A DNA stretch of 64,000 nt, taken from assembly GCA_045804965.1 (NCBI GenBank), contig JBJMMD010000016.1, forward strand, positions 293,642 through 357,641, read 5' to 3'. Source of the stretch: Thermomicrobiales bacterium. Its GTDB lineage: Bacteria > Chloroflexota > Chloroflexia > Thermomicrobiales > UBA6265. Every line of letters starts with the position of its first letter. Within the stretch, counting starts at the first letter, position 1. The translations under genes were made by a program, and so were the position numbers. The notes beneath the pieces are model-generated. The model was not told the origin of the DNA. It saw nothing but the letters and a program-made list of their open reading frames with translations, and made no database searches. Positions 37,795 to 46,336 of the stretch are shown here, piece by piece.

Positions 37795-39077
37795 ATGGAA
37801 CTCAACGTGACCGAAAGCACGTTTCCGACGGCACAGAGCGCTTCCGCATCGCGACAACGACTTCCCGTCGTCGGGCTCCTGACGGCGCAGGCAATCTCCG
37901 ACATTGGAAACCGGATCACCGCCTTGGCGATCCCCTGGTTCGTCTTCGTGACGACCGGGAGCGCCGTGAAAACCGGCGTCATCGCCTTCGCCGGTCTCGT
38001 TCCGGTCATCATTTCCGCGATCCTTGGCGGTGCCCTCGTCGATCGCGTCGGCAACAAGCGGATGAGCGTGATCGCCGATGTCATGAGCGGGATTACCGTC
38101 GCGGTCGTGCCACTGCTCTATCTGACGATTGGTCTCGAATTCTGGGAGCTGTTTGTCCTGGCCTTCCTCGGGGGATTCTCGATTCGCCGGGCAGTACCGC
38201 GCGAATGGCGCTGGGTCCCAATCTCGCTGAGCTTGCTGGCTGGCCGCTTGAACGCCTCAACAGCGCGTCCCAAGCAATCACCAGTTCGTCATTGCTCGTG
38301 GGACCGGCGATCGCCGGTGGACTGATCGCACTCATCGGCCCAAGCAAAGTGCTCTGGGTCGATGCTGCCTCGTTCGCGTTCTCCGCCGTCATGGTGGCGG
38401 CCCTCGTGCCGAGCACAAAGACGGTCGCGAGCGAGCACGGTAACTATTTCGAGGATGTGCTCGCCGGTCTCCGATTCTTGAAAAACGACCGGTTGATGCG
38501 GACGATCTTGATCGCCGCGGCTTGCACAAACTTTCTCGACACGCCCCTCTTTTCGGTCGTGCTTCCTGTCTTTGCGAATGAGCAATACGGCCACGCCAGC
38601 GATCTCGGGTTGATGTTGGCCGGCATGGGAGCCGGTTCCGTCGCCGGCGCGCTCCTCTTCGGCTCCGTGGGCGCGCGGTTTCCGAAACGGCCGCAGTTGA
38701 TTGCCTTTTTCGTTCTGTTCGGACTCCCGCTCTTCATCCTCGCTTTCTCGCCGCCGCTGCTCGTTTCGGTTGGCGCGATGGCGCTCGTCGGACTCGCCAC
38801 GGGCGGCATCAATCCGCTGGCGATTACGGCGATCCAAGAGCGGACACCGGCAGAGATGCTCGCTCGCGTCTTTGGCAGCGTCATTGCCGCCGCGTTGATC
38901 GCCGCCCCGCTGGGCGCGCTCCTCGGCGGAGTTGCGGTCGACGCCTTCGGCGTGACGAAAGTGATCGTGCTGATCGGCGCCTTGATCTTCGCTGCTGGAG
39001 TCTGGCTCGGATTCCAACCGGCATTGGCCGAACTTGACGAACCAAAACTCAATCAACCCTCGGAAGAGCTGGTCTAG
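37795..39077 (+). pseudogene. MFS transporter (EntS/MFS_3-like), frameshifted near 38179-38180
   Basis: The frame of ORF 37795 reads ..WELFVLAFLGGF. The family sequence continues in the frame of ORF 38205 as DSPGSTARMALGPNLAELAG.., which is consistent with a 1-nt deletion. Confidence 0.7.
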
Positions 39078-39166
39078 GATCGATTTCTCACGAGATGAGC
39101 TATCGTATGTCCAAGCCGACCGTGTCGACGCATCCGGCGCAGCTGAAAACGGCAGTGGGCAAGGAC

Positions 39167-39193
39167 AGATTCTTCGACTTCGCTCAGAATGAC
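39167..39193. repeat. solo half-site of repeat family A
   Basis: agattcttcgacttcgctcagaatgac compared with agattcctcgacttcgctcggaataac at 8922-8948. Confidence 0.6.
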
Positions 39194-39223
39194 GGGGTGG
39201 TGCGCAGAGTGAGCGGTGGGGGT

Positions 39224-40453
39224 CTAGACCGTCCGTTCCTGACCGCGCAGGAATGCCGAAACCGCCCGTCCTAACCGGCGGACGCCTTCAACTAATTCGT
39301 CGTCTCTCAGGCAGGAATAGCTCAAGCGCAACGATGAATGCTCTTCCTGGTTTGGGTAGAACCACGCTCCGGGCAAATAGACAACCCCGTGATCGGCCGC
39401 CAATTCGAGCATGTGTTCCGCCGCCAGGCAATCGGGCAGCGTCACCCAAACGAAAAAACCGCCGCGGGGAACGGACCAGGTCACGCTGGGCGGCATGTGC
39501 TCCTCGAGTTGCCCCAACATCAGATCGCGGCGCCGGCGGTAGAACGCGCGGACGGCGACGAGATGTTCGTCGAGGAAATCCTTGGCCGCGTGATAGACGG
39601 TCCGCGTCAGAATCCGGTCCCCGTGAATGTCCGACGCTTCCCGCGCCATGAGTGATAAGGCGACGATGTCTCTAGGCGCGGCCATCCAGCCGACGCGCAA
39701 TCCAGGCGCGATCGTCTTCGAAAAGGTGCCGAGGTAAACCACGCCCGGATCGAGCGCGCGCAACGGCGGCTCCGGCAGCGTCTCGTCAAAGAAGATTTCG
39801 CCGTATGGATCGTCCTCGAGCACGAGCATGTCGTACTCGCGCGCGAACTCGAGAAGCGCTTCCCGGCGAGCGCGCGTCATCGTGTACCCAGTCGGATTCT
39901 GAAAGGTCGGAATCGTGTAGATCACCTTGGGCGGACGTGCTATCTCCGCGACAGCCGATTTCAGCGCCTCAACTCGCATCCCCTCGTCATCAACCGGAAT
40001 CGCCAGATAGTTCACCTCAAAGGGATTGATCGCTTGCAAGGCGCCGAGGTAGGTTGGGCCTTCGACTACCACCGTGTCGCCCGGTTGAAGGAAGAGCCGG
40101 GAGATGATGTCGATCCCCTGCTGGCTCCCGTTCGTGATCACGATCTCATCCGCCGGCACAACCATCCCCATGGCGGCCATGCGCGCGCTGATCAGTTCGC
40201 GGAGCGGCGCGTATCCGGCAAGTTCACCGTAATCGAGGGCATCGCGCGCGTTCGCCCAGGCGATCTGGGACGCTTCTTGCAGCCGCTCGTACGGCATCAT
40301 TTCTCGATTTGGAGCCCCGCCTCCAAAATAAATGGCATCCGGATGGGCATCGAGGATCGCGGCCACCTCGTCCCAAAAGAATGGTTTGTAGACAGCGGCC
40401 CGCTTCGCAAACCGCCTCGACTTCATCTCACCGGCAGTCTTCCCTGTTGTCAT
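39224..40453 (-). CDS. class-I/II PLP aminotransferase (LysN / 2-aminoadipate transaminase-like, no HTH domain)
   Basis: 409 aa. TFQNPTG and the PLP-Lys motif TFSKTIAPGLRVGW. Confidence 0.7.
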   Translation of the reverse strand: MTTGKTAGEMKSRRFAKRAAVYKPFFWDEVAAILDAHPDAIYFGGGAPNREMMPYERLQEASQIAWANARDALDYGELAGYAPLRELISARMAAMGMVVPADEIVITNGSQQGIDIISRLFLQPGDTVVVEGPTYLGALQAINPFEVNYLAIPVDDEGMRVEALKSAVAEIARPPKVIYTIPTFQNPTGYTMTRARREALLEFAREYDMLVLEDDPYGEIFFDETLPEPPLRALDPGVVYLGTFSKTIAPGLRVGWMAAPRDIVALSLMAREASDIHGDRILTRTVYHAAKDFLDEHLVAVRAFYRRRRDLMLGQLEEHMPPSVTWSVPRGGFFVWVTLPDCLAAEHMLELAADHGVVYLPGAWFYPNQEEHSSLRLSYSCLRDDELVEGVRRLGRAVSAFLRGQERTV

Positions 40454-40574
40454 CTGCTCAAGATCATTCCCGCTAACTTCAATATTCCGTCATCCTACGC
40501 AGCTATCCTACGCGGCCGCACCCCATCTTTTCTGCGCGCGCCCCATCCCATCATGCCGAGCGCTCTCCCCCTCC

Positions 40575-40659
40575 GTCATTCTGCGCGAAAGCGAAGAATC
40601 TCGCCCTGCCCACCACCGTCTTCGTCTAAACTAGATGCCTCGACTCAGCTCGGCTTGAC
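40575..40659. repeat. repeat family A inverted-repeat copy, with further degenerate half-sites upstream
   Basis: gtcattctgcgcgaaagcgaagaatctc (40575-40602) and actagatgcctcgactcagctcggcttgac (40630-40659). Upstream half-sites are gtcatcctacgcagctatcctacgc and atcatgccgagcgc (40484-40563). Confidence 0.65.
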
Positions 40660-40727
40660 CGGGCTAGCGGGCTCGGCAGGACAACATGCGCTCTCGCCTT
40701 AGACCGAGACAACAAAACCTGAACGGA

Positions 40728-41504
40728 CTAGCGAGCGAACACATCTGGCAGCGCCGGATCCCCTTCACCACCTGTCAACACGATTTCCAGGCGCTTGTTG
40801 CTCTTCCCCTTGGACCGTGTGCCCACGACCCGCAACCCGCCGACTTCGCGCGTGTTCGCCACGTGCGTCCCACCGTCGGCCTGCAAATCAAGCCCGACGA
40901 TCTCAACGGTCCGCACTTTTGTGATGCCTGCCGGCAGTAAGTTGATCTTGGTCCGGATCAGATCGGGAATCTGAAACGCCTCGGCCCGCGGCAGGATTTG
41001 CACGCGCACATCTCGTCCCTTCGCGATCTCGTCGTTCGCGCGACGTTCGATTTCGGCGACCCGCTCCGGCGTGAACTCCTCCATCTCGAAATCCATCCGC
41101 GCCTTGTCCGGCCCCATGTTGCCGCCGGTGACGAGTGCCCCGTAGTCGCGGAAGACAACACCACACAGCACGTGCAGCGCGGTGTGCGTGCGCATGAGCC
41201 GGTACCTGTGCTCCCAATCGATTTCACCCCGCACTACATCACCAGGCATAGGGAGCCGGTCGCGTGATTCGACTGCGTGCACGACCGTTCCGCCGTCCTT
41301 GCGGACCGCGGTCAGCGCCCAGGTCTGACCGTCCATAGTCCGAGTCAGCGTGCCTACGTCATGGGGCTGACCACCGCCGCCCGGGTAAAAGGCTGTGCGA
41401 TCGAGTGTGATTTCGCCCGTCGCGTCGGCGACAGCGGTCACGACCGCCTCGAACTCGCGCACGTATGCATCGCGCTGGAAAAGCAACTCAGTCATCACCG
41501 CCAT
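40728..41504 (-). CDS. alanyl-tRNA editing protein AlaX-like (SAD domain)
   Basis: TAFYPGGGGQPHD and the HxxxH motif MRTHTALH. The second zinc motif reads ADGGTH rather than CGGTH. Start is ATG 41504 or 41495. Confidence 0.7.
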   Translation of the reverse strand: MAVMTELLFQRDAYVREFEAVVTAVADATGEITLDRTAFYPGGGGQPHDVGTLTRTMDGQTWALTAVRKDGGTVVHAVESRDRLPMPGDVVRGEIDWEHRYRLMRTHTALHVLCGVVFRDYGALVTGGNMGPDKARMDFEMEEFTPERVAEIERRANDEIAKGRDVRVQILPRAEAFQIPDLIRTKINLLPAGITKVRTVEIVGLDLQADGGTHVANTREVGGLRVVGTRSKGKSNKRLEIVLTGGEGDPALPDVFAR

Positions 41505-41746
41505 GGCTCCTTCGACACGACGGCAGACCCGCCGCGCCGATCGGCCCGCTTCCATACTCGTCCGCTTGGGCAGCGATGATAGAAGGGTGCGAATCGCCCG
41601 TCAAACCAAGCCTTCTTCATGCCCAATTTAGAGAATTTCAGTCAAAGCCACTTGCGACGCAGAGTCACAGTTGCTATGCTAGCGTTGAGTGTACGTACAC
41701 CGCCGTTGACTGCCGTGTCCTTTCGCCCCGCGCTGGCGAAGAGCAC

Positions 41747-43249
41747 ATGACCGAACAACACTCGCCGAAAGCTCCTGCTGTCGCATCGAACGGGCGGCGG
41801 ACGCTGCTTATTGCGCAGTCGTTCGCGACAACCGAACCGAATCGTGAAAGCGAATGGGCAGATGGGGCGCGAGTAGGCCACCGCGACCTCGTCGCGCTCT
41901 ACGCTCGCCGGCTGGCGCTGCTGTCGACTAGTCAGGATCCGCAAAGTCAACTTCGCTATCAAGCGCGAGTCCTCACCAAGTGGACGACAATCGAGCCCGT
42001 GCAATTCGGCAAGACAAGCGCAGAACGTGCGCGCCCCGCCGTTGAACCGGAGGCGCTGGCGCCGGTCGCCGCCTCGACACCGGCGTACATCCTACCTCGT
42101 CGCCATCGGCAGTTTCGGTTTCCGGCCCGGGTCTATCGGCTGGTCACCGCCGCGTTCATCGCCACGCTGCTGCTCGGCGGCGCTTTCGGGCAGTCGCTCG
42201 CGCAACAACGTTATCGCGTACGCGACGGGGACACGCTTGCCAGTATCGCGGCTGAGTTCAACGTCGATCCAGATGCAATCCTACGTTCGAGCTGGATGGC
42301 GAATCCGCCCAATCCCGCGGCCGGCGATGTTCTCGTCATCCCTGATCCCGAGCAATCGCCGAGCGACGCGGCCGATGAAGCGGCCCAACTCGAAGGAACA
42401 AGCCCGTGGGTCAGCGAGGCTTACTACGTAGAAGCGGGCGACTCAATCGAGGCAGTCGCCAACGCCTACGGCGTCGATCCCGATGCCCTCCTGAGCATCA
42501 ACAATCTGACCTGGGCGTCAGAACTCGAGGTCGGGCAGCGGATCCTGATTCCGGCGTCACGGGAAGCGGTCAGTGGCGAGGACATCACTAACGACGCAGC
42601 AGGCGGCGAATCTGCCACCAATTCAACGCTTGCCGACGATACAGCCGCCAGCGAATCCACCACGAATTCGACGGTTGCCGACGATTCGGCGGCGGCCGTT
42701 GAAAATGGGGCGAACATCTGGGTGCCGGCATACGTCCAGCAGCGGAACCTGAGCTGCGAGTACGCCTCAACCTATATCGCGACCGCGGCGTTCGGCGACG
42801 GCATCCCCGAGTGGGCGTTCTGGGATAGCATTCCCGAGACGCTGAACCCCCACTATGGCTACCGAGGCAACATCGACGGCTGGTGGGGCAACTATGACGA
42901 CTACGGCATTTACCCCGAACCGCTCGTCCCGATCCTCAACAACTACGGCTTCAACGGCGATGTCTTCTACAGCGAAGGCGATACGTCTCAACTCACCGCC
43001 GAGCTCGATGCCGGTCACCCGGTCATCGTTTGGCTGGCGCTCTGGGGCGACACCGGCGTCGTGTATGCCGACGAAGGAACATATCGGGTCTTCGCCGGCG
43101 AACACGTGATGACCGCCTACGGCTATGACAACAACGGGGTCTCTCTCTCGGACCCGGCGACCGGCGGCTACGTCTTCTACGATTGGGGCACCTTCATCAG
43201 CATGTGGTCTACCAGCGACGGCATGTCGCTCGCTGTTTACCCTGCCTGA
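41747..43249 (+). CDS. membrane-anchored LysM (x2) protein with a C39-like cysteine peptidase domain
   Basis: TM segment LVTAAFIATLLLGGAF. Two LysM units (YRVRDGDTLASIA.., YVEAGDSIEAVA..). C-terminal QQRNLSCEYAS (Cys) and GEHVMTAYGYD (His). The ORF-track start at 41465 overlaps alaX. Confidence 0.65.
   Translation: MTEQHSPKAPAVASNGRRTLLIAQSFATTEPNRESEWADGARVGHRDLVALYARRLALLSTSQDPQSQLRYQARVLTKWTTIEPVQFGKTSAERARPAVEPEALAPVAASTPAYILPRRHRQFRFPARVYRLVTAAFIATLLLGGAFGQSLAQQRYRVRDGDTLASIAAEFNVDPDAILRSSWMANPPNPAAGDVLVIPDPEQSPSDAADEAAQLEGTSPWVSEAYYVEAGDSIEAVANAYGVDPDALLSINNLTWASELEVGQRILIPASREAVSGEDITNDAAGGESATNSTLADDTAASESTTNSTVADDSAAAVENGANIWVPAYVQQRNLSCEYASTYIATAAFGDGIPEWAFWDSIPETLNPHYGYRGNIDGWWGNYDDYGIYPEPLVPILNNYGFNGDVFYSEGDTSQLTAELDAGHPVIVWLALWGDTGVVYADEGTYRVFAGEHVMTAYGYDNNGVSLSDPATGGYVFYDWGTFISMWSTSDGMSLAVYPA
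42605..42694 (+). repeat. 2 x 45-nt imperfect tandem repeat inside the coding region
   Basis: ggcgaatctgccaccaattcaacgcttgccgacgatacagccgcc / agcgaatccaccacgaattcgacggttgccgacgattcggcggcg, encoding (G/S)ES(A/T)TNST(L/V)ADD(T/S)AA. Confidence 0.7.
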
Positions 43250-43536
43250 ATTTAGAAGTGCCGCTCATACTCTAGCTCCGAGCACGCGCCCGGCCCTCAT
43301 TGCCCAATTCCGCTTGGGATGTCCACCTACCTGGTCGGGCAGGAAACTCGCGCCCAAAATCTGCCCGGATTGGGGGACACGCAGTCGTTCGGCTTGGCTA
43401 TACTTTCCTCGTATGGTACGAGCATTAGGATAATCGATCGGGGTTTCATCGCCACGCTGACAGCCACTGACCAACAACGCCATTCCACGTCGCCTCGCTC
43501 TCGACTATCCAACGATTTTCCAGCCGGAGTAAGCCG

Positions 43537-45525
43537 ATGATGGCTCGCGGCGGCGGGTTCCACGGCCGGCAGTTAACACCTCGGCCGGGTGACGACCAGC
43601 CGATCAATCCGAAAACACTGCGCCGTGTCGCAGGATTCTTCAAACCGTATCGACGCCAAGTCGGGATCACGGTTTTCGCGATCCTGGTCACGGCGGTCTT
43701 GGGTCTGATCAATCCTTATCTGCTCAAGCTCCTCATCGACGACGCCATCCCCAATCGCGATCTCGACAAGCTCTATCTCTACGTCGGGTTGATGATCGCG
43801 ATCCCGATCGTCACCGGTCTGATCGGGGTCGGCCAGACGTACTTGAACACGGTGATCGGCCAGCGCGTGATGCGCGACCTGCGCGACGCGCTCTATCGGC
43901 ATCTGCAACGTCTTCCGCTCCGTTTTTTCACGGCGACTCGAACCGGCGAAATTCAATCTCGTCTTTCCAATGACGTCGGCGGTGTGCAACAGGTCGTCAC
44001 CGACACCGCCACGAGCATCGTCAACAACGTCGCGGTTGCGCTCTCGACGATCGTGGCAATGTGGTTGTTGAACTGGCAGCTCGCACTGCTGTCGCTGGGC
44101 TTGCTCCCGTTTTTTCTCATTCTGACCTACAAGGTCGGCGCCGTCCGCCGGGAACTCGCGGGCACGACGCAGCGCACGATTGCCGATATGACCGCGCTCA
44201 TCGAAGAGACGCTCTCCGTCAGCGGCGTGCTGCTCACCAAGGTATTTGGGCGCCAGGACTACCAGGCCGCCCGCTTCCAAGACGAAAACACGAGGCTTGC
44301 CGGACTTCAGGTCCGCCAGCAGATGGTGGGACGATGGTTTTTCATGATCATCGGCACGTTCTTTTCGATCACCCCTGCCTTTGTCTATCTCCTCGCCGGC
44401 TCCAAGATTATTCATGGCGACAACGGGCTGACCATCGGCGATATCGTCGCGTTCACGACCCTACAAAGCCGCCTCTTCTTCCCAGTCGGGCAATTGCTTG
44501 GCGTGCAAGTCGAAATTCAAGGCGCGCTCGCGCTCTTTGACCGCATTTTTGAGTACCTCGATCTTCCGACCGAAATCAGCGATCGGCCCAACGCCCTGAC
44601 CCTCGATCCCGCCACGGTTCGCGGCAAGATCCGGTTCGACGACGTCTCGTTCCACTATGACGAGCTGGCCCCAGTGGCGCTCGCCGCCGTGCCTTCGGCC
44701 AACGGGCGCGACAAATCGCCCGATGTTCTTGACGGGCTCGAAAGTAGCGAGACGCAAGCGATCAACCCAATCGAGGTCAAGCCGTTCACGCTGAACGGCA
44801 TCGACTTCGAGCTCCAACCTGGTCAACTGGCGGCGCTGGTGGGGCCGAGCGGATCGGGCAAAACGACTATCTCGCTCCTCGTGCCCCGGCTCTACGACGT
44901 GACCTCAGGCGTCGTCAGCATCGACGATATCGATGTCCGCGACATCTCCCTGGCCAGCCTCGGCGAAATCATCGGCATGGTCACGCAGGAGACGTATCTC
45001 TTCCACGCCACGATTCGCGAAAATATCGCGTATGGCCGGCTCGGCGCCTCGGAGGAGGACATCATCGCCGCGACCAAAGCCGCCGCGCTCCATGATCGAA
45101 TCATGCAGCTTCCAGATGGGTACGACACGGTCGTCGGCGAGCGCGGATACCGTCTCTCGGGCGGGGAAAAGCAGCGGATCGCCATCGCCCGCGTCATCCT
45201 CAAGGACCCGCGCATCCTGATCTTGGATGAAGCAACGAGCGCGCTCGATACCCACTCCGAGCGCTTGATCCAGTCGGCGTTAGAGCCCTTGATGGCTGGC
45301 AGGACGACGATCGCGATTGCCCACCGGCTGAGCACGATCCTCGCCGCCGACCAAATCTTAGTCATCGAACGCGGGCACATCGTCGAACGCGGCACCCACC
45401 GCCAATTGCTGGCGCTGAACGGCCTCTACGCTCGCCTCTTCCGCGAGCAGTTCGCCGCAGGCATGATCGAATCTTCCGGCGCCGTGGAAACCATCGAGGA
45501 AGCCGAGATCGCTTCGCCATCGTAA
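43537..45525 (+). CDS. ABC exporter, fused permease/ATPase (MsbA/MdlB-like), intact
   Basis: 662 aa. Walker A GPSGSGKTT, signature LSGGEKQRIA, Walker B ILILDEATS. Confidence 0.85.
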   Translation: MMARGGGFHGRQLTPRPGDDQPINPKTLRRVAGFFKPYRRQVGITVFAILVTAVLGLINPYLLKLLIDDAIPNRDLDKLYLYVGLMIAIPIVTGLIGVGQTYLNTVIGQRVMRDLRDALYRHLQRLPLRFFTATRTGEIQSRLSNDVGGVQQVVTDTATSIVNNVAVALSTIVAMWLLNWQLALLSLGLLPFFLILTYKVGAVRRELAGTTQRTIADMTALIEETLSVSGVLLTKVFGRQDYQAARFQDENTRLAGLQVRQQMVGRWFFMIIGTFFSITPAFVYLLAGSKIIHGDNGLTIGDIVAFTTLQSRLFFPVGQLLGVQVEIQGALALFDRIFEYLDLPTEISDRPNALTLDPATVRGKIRFDDVSFHYDELAPVALAAVPSANGRDKSPDVLDGLESSETQAINPIEVKPFTLNGIDFELQPGQLAALVGPSGSGKTTISLLVPRLYDVTSGVVSIDDIDVRDISLASLGEIIGMVTQETYLFHATIRENIAYGRLGASEEDIIAATKAAALHDRIMQLPDGYDTVVGERGYRLSGGEKQRIAIARVILKDPRILILDEATSALDTHSERLIQSALEPLMAGRTTIAIAHRLSTILAADQILVIERGHIVERGTHRQLLALNGLYARLFREQFAAGMIESSGAVETIEEAEIASPS

Positions 45526-45590
45526 CTAGCGCCCGTCGGAGGGCTGGCTTGAGAACCGGGCCCGCGGCTGCGCCGCGGAGAGTCGTGCCT

Positions 45591-46127
45591 TCAATACACG
45601 ATCAAACTTCGCACGTCGTATTCGGCGAGGCGGGTGCGGCCGCCGAGATCGGCCAGTTCCGCAAGCACACTGATACCCGCGACCGTTGCGCCGAGGCGTT
45701 CGACGAGATTCACCGCGGCCCGAACCGTGCCGCCGGTCGCGAGCAGATCGTCGACGATCAACACGCGCTCTCCAGGGACGATCGCATCGCTGTGAATCTC
45801 CACCGCGTTGGCGCCGTATTCGAGCGCGTACTCTTCGCGAAGCGTGGTGAACGGCAACCGGCCAATCTTCCGCACCGGGGTGAGCCCAGCCTTCAGTACA
45901 TAGGCGACGGGAGCGCCGAGGATGAAACCGCGGCTTTCAATCGCCACCACCTCGTTGACTCCACGAAATGGAGCCGCCATCGCATCGACCGATTGCCGAA
46001 AAGCCTCATGGTCCGCCAACAGGGGCGTGATGTCGCGAAAAAGAATGCCGGGAGTGGGAAAGTCTGGAATATCGCGGACAAACCGCTTCAGCGCCTCGAC
46101 GTCGACTTGACTGCCGCGCTCCGCCAT
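45591..46127 (-). CDS. apt: adenine phosphoribosyltransferase
   Basis: DFPTPGILFRDITP and the PRPP motif VLIVDDLLATGGT. ATG at 46127 has GGGGGAG 6 nt upstream. Confidence 0.85.
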   Translation of the reverse strand: MAERGSQVDVEALKRFVRDIPDFPTPGILFRDITPLLADHEAFRQSVDAMAAPFRGVNEVVAIESRGFILGAPVAYVLKAGLTPVRKIGRLPFTTLREEYALEYGANAVEIHSDAIVPGERVLIVDDLLATGGTVRAAVNLVERLGATVAGISVLAELADLGGRTRLAEYDVRSLIVY

Positions 46128-46336
46128 CGCTGCTCCCCCACTGGCTTCATCACGTCGTAAAACCACTACTGCTCCTCGCGCCGTTGAGTGTACCGCGCCG
46201 GTCATCGTGACCGGTTCCGCCTGCTTATTGACACTTAGGCATCAGTTACAATAGATCGGTAGAGAAGATCATCTGGCCCCGCCGGCTGGCCATGGAGTCC
46301 GTTGGCTTCCCGCGAGCGGCATAGGAGCATGCGCGC

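Noticed and set aside
46228-46252. A perfect TTGACA and a TACAAT upstream of the LOX-like gene.
   Set aside because: The spacer is only 13 nt, too short for a standard sigma70 promoter, and no alternative -10 sits at 16-18 nt.
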